A stretch of DNA of 64,000 bases. It comes from Mobula hypostoma. Lineage: Eukaryota. Under the pieces are notes generated by a model. The model saw nothing but the letters and a program-made list of their open reading frames with translations, was not told the DNA's origin and did no database searches. This document shows positions 1 through 10,160 of the stretch, in pieces (the stretch's first letter is position 1; each line of letters opens with the position of its first letter). Made by a program: the position numbers and the translations under genes. The DNA lies in assembly GCF_963921235.1 (NCBI RefSeq), contig NC_086097.1, forward strand, positions 101,930,001 through 101,994,000, given 5' to 3'.

Positions 1-17
1 GAGGGGGAGGTGGGGCC

Positions 18-755
18 TTAGTGGAAGTTAGAGAAGTCAATGTTCATGCCATCAGGTTGGAGGCTACCCAGACGGAATATAAGGTGTTGTTCCTCCAACC
101 TGAGTGTGGCTTCATCTTTACAGTAGAGGAGGCCGTGGATAGACATGTCAGAATGGAAATGGGATGTGGAATTAAAATGTGTGGCCACTGGGACATCCCG
201 CTTTCTCTGGCGGACAGAGCGTAGATGTTCAGCAAAGCGGTCTCCCAGTCTGCGTCGGGTCTCGCCAATATATAAAAGGCCACATCGGGAGCACCGGACG
301 CAGTATATCACCCCAGTCGACTCACAGGTGAAGTGATGCCTCACTTGGAAGGACTGTTTGGGGCCCTGAATGGTGGTAAGGGAGGAAGTGTGAGGGCATG
401 TGTAGCACTTGTTCCGCTTACACGGATAAGTGCCAGGAGGGAGATCAGTGGGGAGGGATGGGGGGGACGAATGGACAAGGGAGCTGTGTAGGGAGCGATC
501 CCTGCGGAATGCAGAGAGAGGGGGGGAAGGAAAGATGTGCTTAGTGGTGGAATCCTGTTGGAGGTGGTGGAAGTTACGGAGAATAATATGTTGGACCTGG
601 AGGCTGGTGGGGTGGTAGGTGAGGACCAGGGGAACCCTATTCCTAGTGGGGTGGTGGGAGGATGGAGTGAGAGCAGATGTACGCGAAATGGGGGAGATGC
701 GTTTAAGAGCAGAGTTGATAGTGGAGGAAGGGAAGCCCCTTTCTTTAAAAAAGGA
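18..755 (-). mobile_element. Penelope-like retroelement (Neptune-type), 3' part of ORF: RT C-terminus, Cys-rich linker and GIY-YIG endonuclease; 5'-truncated
   Basis: Manual translation gives a stop-free frame from 755 to 18: SFFKERGFP...RVPLVLTYHP...PCKRNKCYTC...HFTCESTGVIYCVRCSRCGLLYIGETRRRLGDRFAEH...HFN...QPDGMN. The VIY/YIGET and HFN motifs and the CxxxxCxxC linker are typical of PLE GIY-YIG domains. Confidence 0.92.
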
Positions 756-760
756 AATTT

Positions 761-1217
761 TGGCATGAACATCGACTTCTCTAACTTCCGCTAAGGCCCC
801 ACCTCCCCCTCGTACCCCATCTGTTACTCATTTTTATGCACACATTCTTTCTCTCACTCTCCTTTTTCTCCCTCTGTCCCTCTGAATATACCTCTTGCCC
901 ACCCTCTGGGTCACCCCCCCCCTTTGTCTTTCTTCCCAGACCTCCTGTCCTATGATCCTCTCGTATCCCCTTTTGCCTATCACCTGTCCAGCTCTCGGCT
1001 CTATCCCTCCCCCTCCTGTCTTCTCCTATCATTTTGGATCTCCCCCTCCAACTTTCAAATCCCTTACTCACTCTTCCTTCAGTTAGTCCTGACGAAGGGT
1101 CTCGGCCTGAAACGTCGACTGCACCTCTTCCTACAGATGCTGCTTGGCCTGCTGCGATCACCAGCGACTTTGATGTATGTTGCTTGAATTTCCAGCATCT
1201 GCAGAATTCCTGTTGTT
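761..1217 (+). mobile_element. Inverted pseudo-LTR (pLTR) of the Penelope-like element
   Basis: 761-811 is the near-perfect reverse complement of 1-51. The whole segment matches the minus-strand 3' end of the second PLE (33272-33700). Confidence 0.88.
1085..1120 (+). ncRNA. Minimal type I hammerhead ribozyme in the PLE pLTR
   Basis: AGTC-CTGACGA-AGGGTCTCGGCCT-GAAA-CGTC-GACT: stem I AGTC/GACT, core CUGANGA, stem II AGG/CCT, GAAA, palindromic ACGT in place of stem III, GUC cleavage triplet. Confidence 0.85.
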
Positions 1218-1497
1218 AACTATTTGTGAGTCTGGTGGCCCTGGTGTGGATGCTACATAGCCTCCTCCCTGATGGGAGTGGGACAAACAGTCCATGACTA
1301 GGGTGTGTGGGATCCTTCATGATATTACTGGGCTTTTTCTGGCACCTTTCCGTATAAATGTCCTTGATGGCAGGTAGGCTGCTGCTGGTGATGTGTTGGG
1401 CAGTTTTGACTAGTCGTTGTAGAGCCTTCCTGTCCACTGTAGTGCAGTTTCCACACCATGCAATGATACAGCTTGTTATGATGTTCTCTCTACTGCA
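1216..1497 (-). mobile_element. Rex1/Babar-like LINE 3' coding fragment; resumes at ~2191-2280 beyond an LTR insertion
   Basis: DRKALQRLVKTAQHIT...LPAIKDIYTERC...DPTHPSHGLFVPLPSGRR is typical of the Rex1/Babar ORF C-terminus. Confidence 0.8.
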
Positions 1498-2190
1498 TGT
1501 AACGCTCTGGTAAAGGTTTTACTGCTACTGTTGCAGGGTATTTCATGTAATGGTCTTTCTGTAGAAGCAATGTTTGAGTTACTGTTGGAGATAAGGGATG
1601 GTTAGGAATGTGGACCATCCAATCAGCAGAGTGAAATGGGGAGAAGGTTCTAGAGAAGCCTGGGGGAGCAGTTTTGTGACCAACACTGGTAGTGGAGTTT
1701 TGTCTTTGTTCAGCAAGAGATGAAGAGAGAAGACGCTGGAGAGAACCAGTCATAAGATTCGATCCGGTGGGGAGATACGCCTCGATGGAGCCCAGGTGCG
1801 GAGGTTTGCCAAGGATCGGTGAATATGGCTTTTGGAAGATTTGAGCTCCAGCCTGTGCACATTTAACTGTTTCATTAATTTGCTTTTTTCTTTCTTTTCT
1901 GTACTAACTTGTTGGTTAAGTTAATGTTTACAAATATACTTCTTTATGATTGTATGCAGTGTGCGATCTGTTATTTCATGCTGACTGGCTATTGCAGGGC
2001 CGTAAATCACACAACATTCACACAAACCGGAGTCTGGGTGGATGAGGCATCCCAACCCCATGGATTTGTTGGGACCAAAGTTGTATACTCCCTAGATATA
2101 TGAAGCCGGAGAAAAGTGGTTCTTGCCGCGGACTCCAGTGGCTGTTAGTAAGGGGCTAACAATACGCATTTCCCAGTAAAAGGGGGTTTC
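1498..2190 (+). mobile_element. Solo LTR of a Gypsy family, related to the LTR at ~6196-6782
   Basis: Starts TGTAAC. Shares blocks (ttactgcta, gagataaggga, gatgaagagagaagacgctggagagaa, gagctcca) with 6196-6782. Interrupts a Rex1-like fragment. Confidence 0.7.
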
Positions 2191-2378
2191 TGTAGAAGGT
2201 CACGAGTATTGATGTGCATATTCTAGCTCTCTTCAGCCTCCTCAGAAAGAAGAGCCATTGGTGAACTTTCCTGATTGAAAAGGGGATCACTGCACTCACT
2301 TGCCCCATAATTGAAATGTTCCCACAACCAATGATCTCACTTTAAGGACTCTTGATCTCATTATCTCATCTTCTCATT

Positions 2379-2593
2379 AGAAGAAGAAAGCCCTTAACTC
2401 CGAGTGGAGTCATTGGGACGCGGTCATGATGGCGGTTTTTTTTTAGCAGGCTTTCTTATTTTTACGAGGCCGAGTTGCTAGCTCGATGCTCAACCCAGCA
2501 CGGATGGAAAGCATACAAGGGAGCCGGCTGGATTCGAACTCGGGAGCCTTCGCTCTTAAGTCCAGCGCTGCTGCCACTATGCCACCAGCCAGC
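2379..2593 (-). mobile_element. tRNA-derived SINE with an RTE-like body and (TTC)n tail
   Basis: Minus strand has A box TGGCATAGTGG and B box GAGTTCGAATCC, body motif gctagcaactcggcctcgtaaaa, and tail ctttcttcttct. Confidence 0.75.
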
Positions 2594-2920
2594 TATGTTC
2601 TCATTATTTATTTATATTTGCATTTGCATAGTTTGTTGTCTTCTGCACTCTGGTTGTTCTTCCACTGATCCTGTTATAGTTACTATTCTATAGATTTACT
2701 GAATACACCCAGAAGAAAATGAACCTCGGGGTTGTATATAGTGACATATATGTACTTTAATAATAAAATTTACTTTGAATTTTGAACTTTGAACATTTTG
2801 ATTGTGTAAGATGTGTTCTAGAACCATGAGAGGTTCTGTGAAATGTGTACTCACAGGAGTCTGAAACTGGGACATGAGAGGTTGTGTGTGATGTACACTC
2901 CTAGGAGTTTGACACTGGGA

Positions 2921-3749
2921 CCATAAGACCATAAGACAAAGAAGCAGAAGTCGGCCATTCGGCCCATTGAGTCTGTTCCGCCATTTTATCATGAGCTAAT
3001 CCATTCTCCCATTTAGTCCCACTCCCCCCCCTTCTCACCATAACCTTTGATGCCCTGGCTACTCAGATACCTATCAATCTCTGCCTTAAATACACCCAAT
3101 GACTTGGCCTCCACTGCTGCCCATGGCAACAAATTCCATAGATTCACCGGCCCCGGCTAAAAAATTTCTTCGCATCTCTGTTCTGAATGGGCGCCCTTCA
3201 ATCCTTAAGTCATGCCCTCTCATACTAGACTCCTCCACCATGGGAAACAATTTTGCCACATTCACTCTGTCCATGCCTTTCAACATTCGAAATGTTTCTA
3301 TGAGGTCCCCCCTCATTCTTCTAAACTCCAAGGAATACAGTCCAAGAGTGGACAAACGTTCCTCATATGTTAACCTTCTCATTCCCAGAATCATTCTAGT
3401 GAATCTTCTCTGTACCCTCTCCAACGTCAGCACATCCTTTCTTAAATAAGGAGCCCAAAACTACCCACAGTACTCCAGGTGAGGTCTCATAAGTGCCTTA
3501 TAGAGCCTCAACATCACATCCCTGCTCCTATACTCTATTCCTCTAGAAATGAATGCTGACATTGCATTCGCCTTCTTCACCACTGACTCAACCTGGAGGT
3601 TAACCTTAAGGGTATCCTGTACGAGGACTCCCAAGTCCCGTTGCATCTCAGAACTTTGAATTTTTGCTCCATTTAAATAATAGTCTGCCCATTTTGTTTC
3701 TTCTGCCAAAGTGCATAACCACACACTTTCCAATATTGTATTTCATTTC
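2921..3749 (-). mobile_element. CR1 LINE 3' fragment inserted into the 48-bp minisatellite
   Basis: ORFs give QRDLGVLV...RPHLEYC and LERVQRRFTRMI...RRMRGDLIETF. 8-bp tail ccataagaccataag. Both flanks are parts of one repeat unit (ggga|catga). Confidence 0.9.
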
Positions 3750-4464
3750 CATGAAAGGTTGTGTGAGATGTACACTCCCAGGAGTTTGACACTGGGACAT
3801 GAGAGATTGTGTGTGATGTGCACTCCTGGGAGTTTGAAACTGGGACATGAGAGGTTGTGTGTGATGTAAACTCCCAGGAGTTTGAAACTGGGACATGAGA
3901 GGTTGTGTGTGATGTGTGCTCCCAGGAGTTTGACACTGGGACATGAGAGGTTGTGTGAGATGTACACTCCCAGGAGTTTGACACTGGGACATGAGAGGTT
4001 GTGTGTGATGTAAACTCCCAGGAGTTTGAAACTGGGACATGAGAGGTTGTGTGTGATGTACACTTCCGGGAGTTTGACACTGGGACATGAGAGGTTGTGT
4101 GTGATGTGCACTCCTGGGAGTTTGAAACTGGAACATGAGAGGTTGTGTGTGATGTACACTCCCAGGAGTTTGAAACTGGGACATGAGAGGTTGTGTGTGA
4201 TGTACACTCCCAGGAGTTTGACACTGGGACATGAGAGGTTGTGTGTGATGTAAACTCCCAGGAGTTTGAAACTGGGACATGAGAGGTTGTGTGTGATGTA
4301 CACTCCCGGGAGTTTGACACAGGGACATGAGAGGTTGTGTGTGATGTACACTCCTGGGAGTTTGAAACTGGGACATGAGGGGTTGTGTGTGATGTACACT
4401 CCCAGGAGTTTGACACTGGGACATGAGAGGTTGTGTGAGATGTACACTCCCAGGAGTTTGAAAC
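3750..4464. repeat. 48-bp minisatellite (~15 units, plus ~2 units at 2825-2920) derived from LINE RT coding sequence
   Basis: Unit gggacatgagaggttgtgtgtgatgtacactcccaggagtttgaaact. Minus strand reads FKLLGVYITHNLSCPS and adjoins LINE RT sequence VNKTKEMFIDFRK at 4465-4560. Confidence 0.92.
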
Positions 4465-4669
4465 TGCTCAGTTTCCACTGCTGTGCCAACGATGTAAAGA
4501 AGGGTGTGAGTGGTTTGAGTTTTTCTGAAGTCAATAAACATTTCCTTTGTCTTGTTGACATTTGCCTGACACCAGGAATCTTAACTAAGGTACCTTTACT
4601 AAGTATCCTTACTAAGGATCAATATCTCATGGTTGCTAGGAAGTCAGCTCTTCCAACATTCATAGACTG

Positions 4670-5030
4670 AGGACCACTGCACCAGTGGTGAGGACCACAA
4701 AGATATGGTCAAGGGGAGGTGGAGCTGCACTTACTGGACTGGACAATATTCAGTGATTAATCTTCAGATCTGAATGAATATGCCACAGTTGCCACTGACT
4801 TCATCAAAACCTGTGTGAATGAGTGTGCATCCTCGAGAACATACTGGACATTCCCAAACCAGAAACTATGAATAAACCGTGATATTCAGCATGCTGAGAG
4901 CTAGATCTGTGGAAATCAATATTGGTGATCCAGAACTCTATAAGAAGTCCAGATATGTGCCGAGGAAGGCTATCTTACGAGTGAAAAGCAATTCTGTGGG
5001 AATTTAGAGACAGAATCGGATACATTGGAT
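4670..5030 (+). mobile_element. Degenerate Rex1/Babar LINE internal fragment
   Basis: Translates to DLNEYATVATDFIKTCVNEC...TFPNQK, typical of the region between endonuclease and RT. Confidence 0.6.
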
Positions 5031-5839
5031 AGAATTTGAATTTTTTTAACTCTTACATCCATCTCACAGCGTGAGGGAGTCAAAATCATTGTGCTATGAC
5101 TCTGTCACAATGTACAGATATGTTAATTTAAAGTCTAATGGCTTGTAGAAAGAAGCTGTCCCTTAGCCTGTTGGTCCTGGCTTTAATGCTGTGTTACCGT
5201 TTGTTGTATAATTTATGTATTGCACTGTACTTCTGTTGCAAAACAACAAAGTTTGTGATATATCTGTGATAATAAACCTGACACTGATTCTCGTTATTGC
5301 TAAAGGAACGGTCCCAATTGTTATATGAGAAACACATTTCCAGTTTATGATGGTAAGATCCTCTTAAATATTCTCCTGTTATTATAAGGGCAACATTTCT
5401 TGTTACCAGGGTGATGACTCTCATGTTCCTATTGGGAACATATTCAGTGTTCTGCAGACACTAATGATCGGTTGCTAAGCAAAAGATCACCCATGGTTAC
5501 TAGGAAACAGTCTCCCTTGGTTACAAATAGAAATTCTAATAATGATAGTAATAAGGAGTGAATGTTCTCCCGTTTCTACTAGAAAGACACAGAGTACTTC
5601 AAATTAGAATACACTGTTTTGTTATTCAGTAAGTATTCACTCTGTGTCATTACTGAAACACACTGGCAGTTTCTGTTGCATTTTGAATGATCCTTCATCA
5701 TTATTTGTGGACGATTTCATCACTGCTGCAAAAGAGCAGGCTATCTTTTAAATGTAATATGTTATAATTTTAATGCAAGGCAATCTATGACTGGTGCCAT
5801 GGTGAGCACAGCCTCCATGTTAGGGTGTAGAACAACTGC

Positions 5840-6195
5840 CAAAATTACATTGAGGAGCCTTGTCTCATTGTTACAGTTGGGAGTATTGTTTCAGTGTCCA
5901 TTGGGGATTACTGTCTCAAAACATGTCCTCAGTGGTCCAATGGGGAACGTTATGTCAATGTTACAGTGGGGAATGTTCTCTCAACATTACAGTAGGGCAC
6001 ATTCTTTCAATGTTGCAGTGTGAACCAGGTCCTCAATGGTATAGTGAGGAACATTCTCTTAATGCTACAGTGAGGTATGTTACAGTGGGGAGCATTGTCT
6101 CTGTTACTGTGGGGAGTATCATCCCAATGTTATACTACAGAGTATTGACTCAAGTGTTCCAGTGGACAACGTTGTCTCGGAGCTGCGGTGGGGGG
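5840..6195. repeat. Highly diverged copy of the 26-bp minisatellite family, opposite orientation to the large arrays
   Basis: Recurring gttacagtggggagcattgtctc-like units, the reverse complement of gagacaatgctccccagtgtaac. Confidence 0.6.
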
Positions 6196-6782
6196 AGTAT
6201 TACCCTGGTTCAAGTGTTTTTACTGCTATGCTGTGGCTATTTCATTTAGCAGTTCTGTAAGAGCAGTCTGTTCTGCTGTCAGCCTGTTTGTGTTATTGTT
6301 GAAGATAAGGGATGCTGAGGAATGTGTATTATCCAATTAGAAAGTTGGTCTTGGGCTTTTTTGTTCAGCAGGAGATGAAGAGAGAAGACGCTGGAGAGAA
6401 CAGGTGGTAGGATTCAACCCGGTGGGGGTCCGTGATTCGATGGAGCCAGGTGCTGAGATCGACTGAGGATTGGAGAATATGAATTTTGGAAGAGTTGAGC
6501 TCCAACTTGTGCACATTTGACTGTTTAATTAAAATGGGCCCTTTTTGGGTTTTTTTCTTTACTAACCCTTTAGTAAAGTTAAGTTTCATAAATATAATTC
6601 TTTTAATCGTGTGCAGTGTGTTGTCTGTTATTTCTTGGCACTGAGTTGTAACAAGGTAGCAAATTACACAGCATCTGCACAAACCGAAGTTTGGGGAGGG
6701 AGAGCCTCAATCTCACGGGTTTAGCGGGACTAGAGTGCGTCTGCCCTAGACCTACGCAGCCAAGGAAACCAGTAGGGTTACA
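6196..6782 (+). mobile_element. 5' LTR of a Gypsy provirus
   Basis: Ends ...GGTTACA and is followed by a PBS-like sequence and gag. Homologous to 1498-2190. Confidence 0.7.
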
Positions 6783-6787
6783 TTTGT

Positions 6788-6806
6788 TGGGGGTAACTTC
6801 CAGGAT
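6788..6806 (+). promoter_or_regulatory. Degenerate primer-binding site, tRNA-Pro-like
   Basis: TGGGGGTAACTTCCAGGAT versus the canonical tRNA-Pro PBS TGGGGGCTCGTCCGGGAT, 5 nt after the LTR end. Confidence 0.5.
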
Positions 6807-6889
6807 CGATTTTGTTGGATGCTGTGTGATCTGGTGGGTTGTGTGTTTAAGCCTGTGTTAAACTATTGTCCGGTAAAGTGATTACGATA

Positions 6890-9775
6890 CATGGTTCAGG
6901 ACGCAGCAGGGGGTGAGCAGAGGTGCAAATCCATGGGGCTACCAGTAACCAATGCACGTGTATTCATAGCCCCAAGGAATTGTTGATTCAAACTTTAAGT
7001 ACAGTTAAAAGATTAGGAACAGTTACGGTCATGGAGCAGAATGGCAGGCAAAGACTTTTGTTTTAGTTCAGACTAGTGCTGACGTAACGACAGTGGATCT
7101 GCCTGGTACTACTGGGGCCTTGGGAGAAGGGAGGTTGTGGGCTGTCCATACTTTCGGGGAGGAGGGGAGTGTAGGCAAGCGTGCCAAAGCAGAAGCCCAG
7201 TCTCCCGTAGCTGGGAGTGGAGACTTTAAAGGCAAGTTGCTGTTGTTTCTGTGGAGTGAGGGGAAGGTGTAGCCTGATGTGGAAGGTCTAATGAGGGCTG
7301 AGCATTCTGAGTTGCTATCAGCCCTTAACTCCCTGGCGAATAAATGACAAAATGCCCAAGTTCAAAGTCCCAGTTATCATACGTTCAGCATGTTCTCGGG
7401 AATGAAGCCCACCCCTGAAGGGAGGGGAAGAGGAGTACAAGACTTGGGTGGGGCAGACCTCTCAGTTGCTGGGTGAGTGGCAGTGCTCTGATGACGTAAA
7501 AAGACTACGATTGGTAGAGGCTCTGAGGATGCCAGCTGCTGATGTAGTGAGATCCTTGAAGACTCAGAATCCCTTTGCTACTTCTGCTGGCTGCATGCAA
7601 GCGCTAGGAAGTGTGTTGGGTGCGACGGGAAGCCCAATGGAGTTCATGACAGGGTTTCAACTTTCCCTCTACATTTTTCAGATAGAAAAGCATCTGAGTT
7701 GCTTGTGGCATTTAAACGGCCGAGGTGAATCAGTTAAGAATGGACCAAGTGGCAAAAGGCACCCATTCGCCAGGCCTGATCACTTGGGGTCTCTGGATGT
7801 CTCATAAGACAATCGCCCCTCCCTTGTTTGTTGAGGTGATCAGAGAATTAAGAGAGGTGGAGAATGCGATGGAGGCCTCTGTCAGCAGGGTACAGTCCTC
7901 AGCAGCAGCCCCCTTGGCTGAGGTGACCACTGGTAACCCACCCCGGGAGTGGTAAAGGAGCTCATGGCAGAGTTTAGGACTGAGATGTCCTGGTTGTTAT
8001 CAGTCAGTGCAGCCGCCCCGCACGATAAAGCTGACAGGGAGTTGGACCCTCTGAGGGGACGGACTAAGCAGAGGGCTGCTAGAGAACGGGGTCCAGCGAG
8101 AAGGGGAGCAACAGGTATTGTCTGTAAGAACTGTGGTGAAGAAGCACACTTCAGGCGGGAGTGTGAACGACAGGAAAACCCTCGGAGAGTGAGCACCTGG
8201 ATACCTACGCAGAGAGACCCAGTGAGGGGACGGCCTGGCATCTCTGGGGGAACACGTTCCCAGCAATATATCAAGGAACACCCCAAAGCAAAAAAACCCT
8301 ATTCCTGAGGGTTTAGTGGGGCCAAGATCCAGTGTATTGCCATGGATTGAGGGCACTTATGCTAGCGCCATACTTGACACTGGCTCTCAAGTTACTCTGC
8401 TGCACCATTCGTTTTCCAACTGGTATTTGATGCATTTACCATTGACACCACTCAGTGATCTGCAGTCTGGGTATGGATGACTATCCATACGATGGTTACT
8501 TGTCATTGAAGCTGGAGTGTTCAGAGGCAGATGTGGGAGTAGCTGAGGTTTTTTGATATATTATAGTTGGTTTGTCTGGACCCAGCTGAGAAGATCAGAG
8601 TTTCAATTCTTGTGGGAACTCCCCGGTACCAGGAGGTTGGAAGAGGAAGTTGTTTAGAGAAGATGTTGAAACTGCAAGATGCCTTTTCTACTGTCGAGTT
8701 TGATGTAGGTTGTTCCAAGATCACTCACCACACCATCCAGGTGACAGAGGACATCCCGTTCAGAGAAAGGTTGCAGCGTCTGGTGCCTGCAGAGGTAGAG
8801 AACGTTTGGCAGAATCTGCAGAGGATGGGATCATCACTGAGTCCAGAAGCCCCTGTGTGTCTCTAATAGTGGTGGCCAGGAAGAAGAATGGGAGGGTACT
8901 GATGTGTGTGGACTATCGAACTCCGAACAATTGTACAGTCCCCGACCAGTATACGCCCGAGAATCGAGGACACATTGGCTTGCCTGAGTGGTGCGAAGTA
9001 GTTCAGTGTGCTGGACTTGAAGTGTGGGTATTATCAGATACCCATGAGTGAGGCTGACAAAGAGGAGATGGCATTCACATGTCCAGTGGGATTCTTCCAC
9101 TTTGAAATGATGCCCCAGGGCATATCGGGAGCCCTGGTGACTTTCCAGTGTGTCATGGAGAAAACAGTGGGGAATATGAACTTGCTTGAGGTGTTTGTGT
9201 ACCTGGATGATCTCATAGTGTTTAGTTCCACCTTGGAGGAACATGAAGTGAGGCTACTGAAGGTGCTGGGCTGCCTGAAAGCTGAAGGGTTAAAACTTTC
9301 CCTGGATATGGGCCAGTTCTGCCAAACATCTGTTAGCTACGTTGGGCACACAGTCTCACGGCATAGAGTAGCTAAAGATCTGTCTAAGATAGAGGTGGTG
9401 GCCACATAGCCAAGGCCCCAGACAGTGAACACCTTGTGTTCGTTCCTTGGATTCTATCAGATGTTCGTGAAGGACTAGCCTAAAGTGAGTCACTCTTTAA
9501 ATTAGCTTCTGTGCGATTACCCTCCCTTGGGGAAGAAAGGGAGGAAAACTAAAAGAGATGATGGTAAAGATTATCTTAGCCCTTGAGAGCATTTTGGAGC
9601 AAGATGGGATACAAAATGCAAAGAGGCCTTTCAGTTGGTGAAGAAGCTGCTGATGAAAGCGTCTGTGCTGGCTTTTGCAAACCCTCAATTGCCATATGTA
9701 TCGCATACGGATGCCAGCAGAGAGGGCTTAGGGGGTGTTCTGTATCAGCTTCAGAGCACAGGGTTGAGATCTGTC
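6890..9775 (+). mobile_element. Decayed Ty3/Gypsy gag-pol: PNMA-like capsid, Zn knuckle, protease, RT, start of RNase H; 3'-truncated
   Basis: EWQCSDDVKRLRLVEALRMPAADVV (PNMA-like capsid), CKNCGEEAHFRREC (CCHC), AILDTGSQVTLL (~8367, protease), VARKKNGRVLMCVDYR, LDLKCGYYQIPM, MPQGISGA, VYLDDLIVFS. Multiple frameshifts and stops. Confidence 0.92.
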
Positions 9776-9829
9776 AGCCGAAGGGCCTGTAATGTGCTGT
9801 AGATTTCTATAATTCTATGATAAACTCTC

Positions 9830-10160
9830 AGGTTACTTGAAGGCAGATGATAAAATAAGCCATAATCAGCATGGTTTCCTCAAGGGAAAATCGTGCTTGA
9901 CAAATCTGTTGGAATTCTTTGAAGAGATAACAAGCAGGATAGCCAAAGGAGAATCGGTTGATGTTATGTACTTGGATTTTCAGAAGGCCTTTGACAAGGT
10001 GCCATACGTGAGGCTACGCAACAAGCTATGAGCCCACAGTATTACAAGTAAGATACTAGAACGGAGGAAGCAGTGTCCCACTGGCAGGAGGCAAACAGTG
10101 GAATAAAGAGTGCCCTGGCAGCTGGTGACTAGGGTTCTGTGCTGGGACCAATTCTTTTTA
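9830..10160 (+). mobile_element. CR1 LINE RT fragment, 5' half; continues at ~12464-12745
   Basis: NQHGFLKGKSCLTNLLEFFEE...DVMYLDFQKAFDKVP. Ends at GSVLGPILF and resumes TLYVNDLD after the nested CR1. Confidence 0.85.

Noticed and set aside
3648..4561. Three overlapping ORFs of 247-297 aa
   Set aside because: 48-bp tandem repeat of LINE origin, not a gene.
5471..5508. RFX X-box-like motifs (GTTGCTAAGCAAA, GTTACTAGGAAAC)
   Set aside because: The ~25-bp spacing and similar neighbours suggest a very old tandem repeat. No supporting promoter context.
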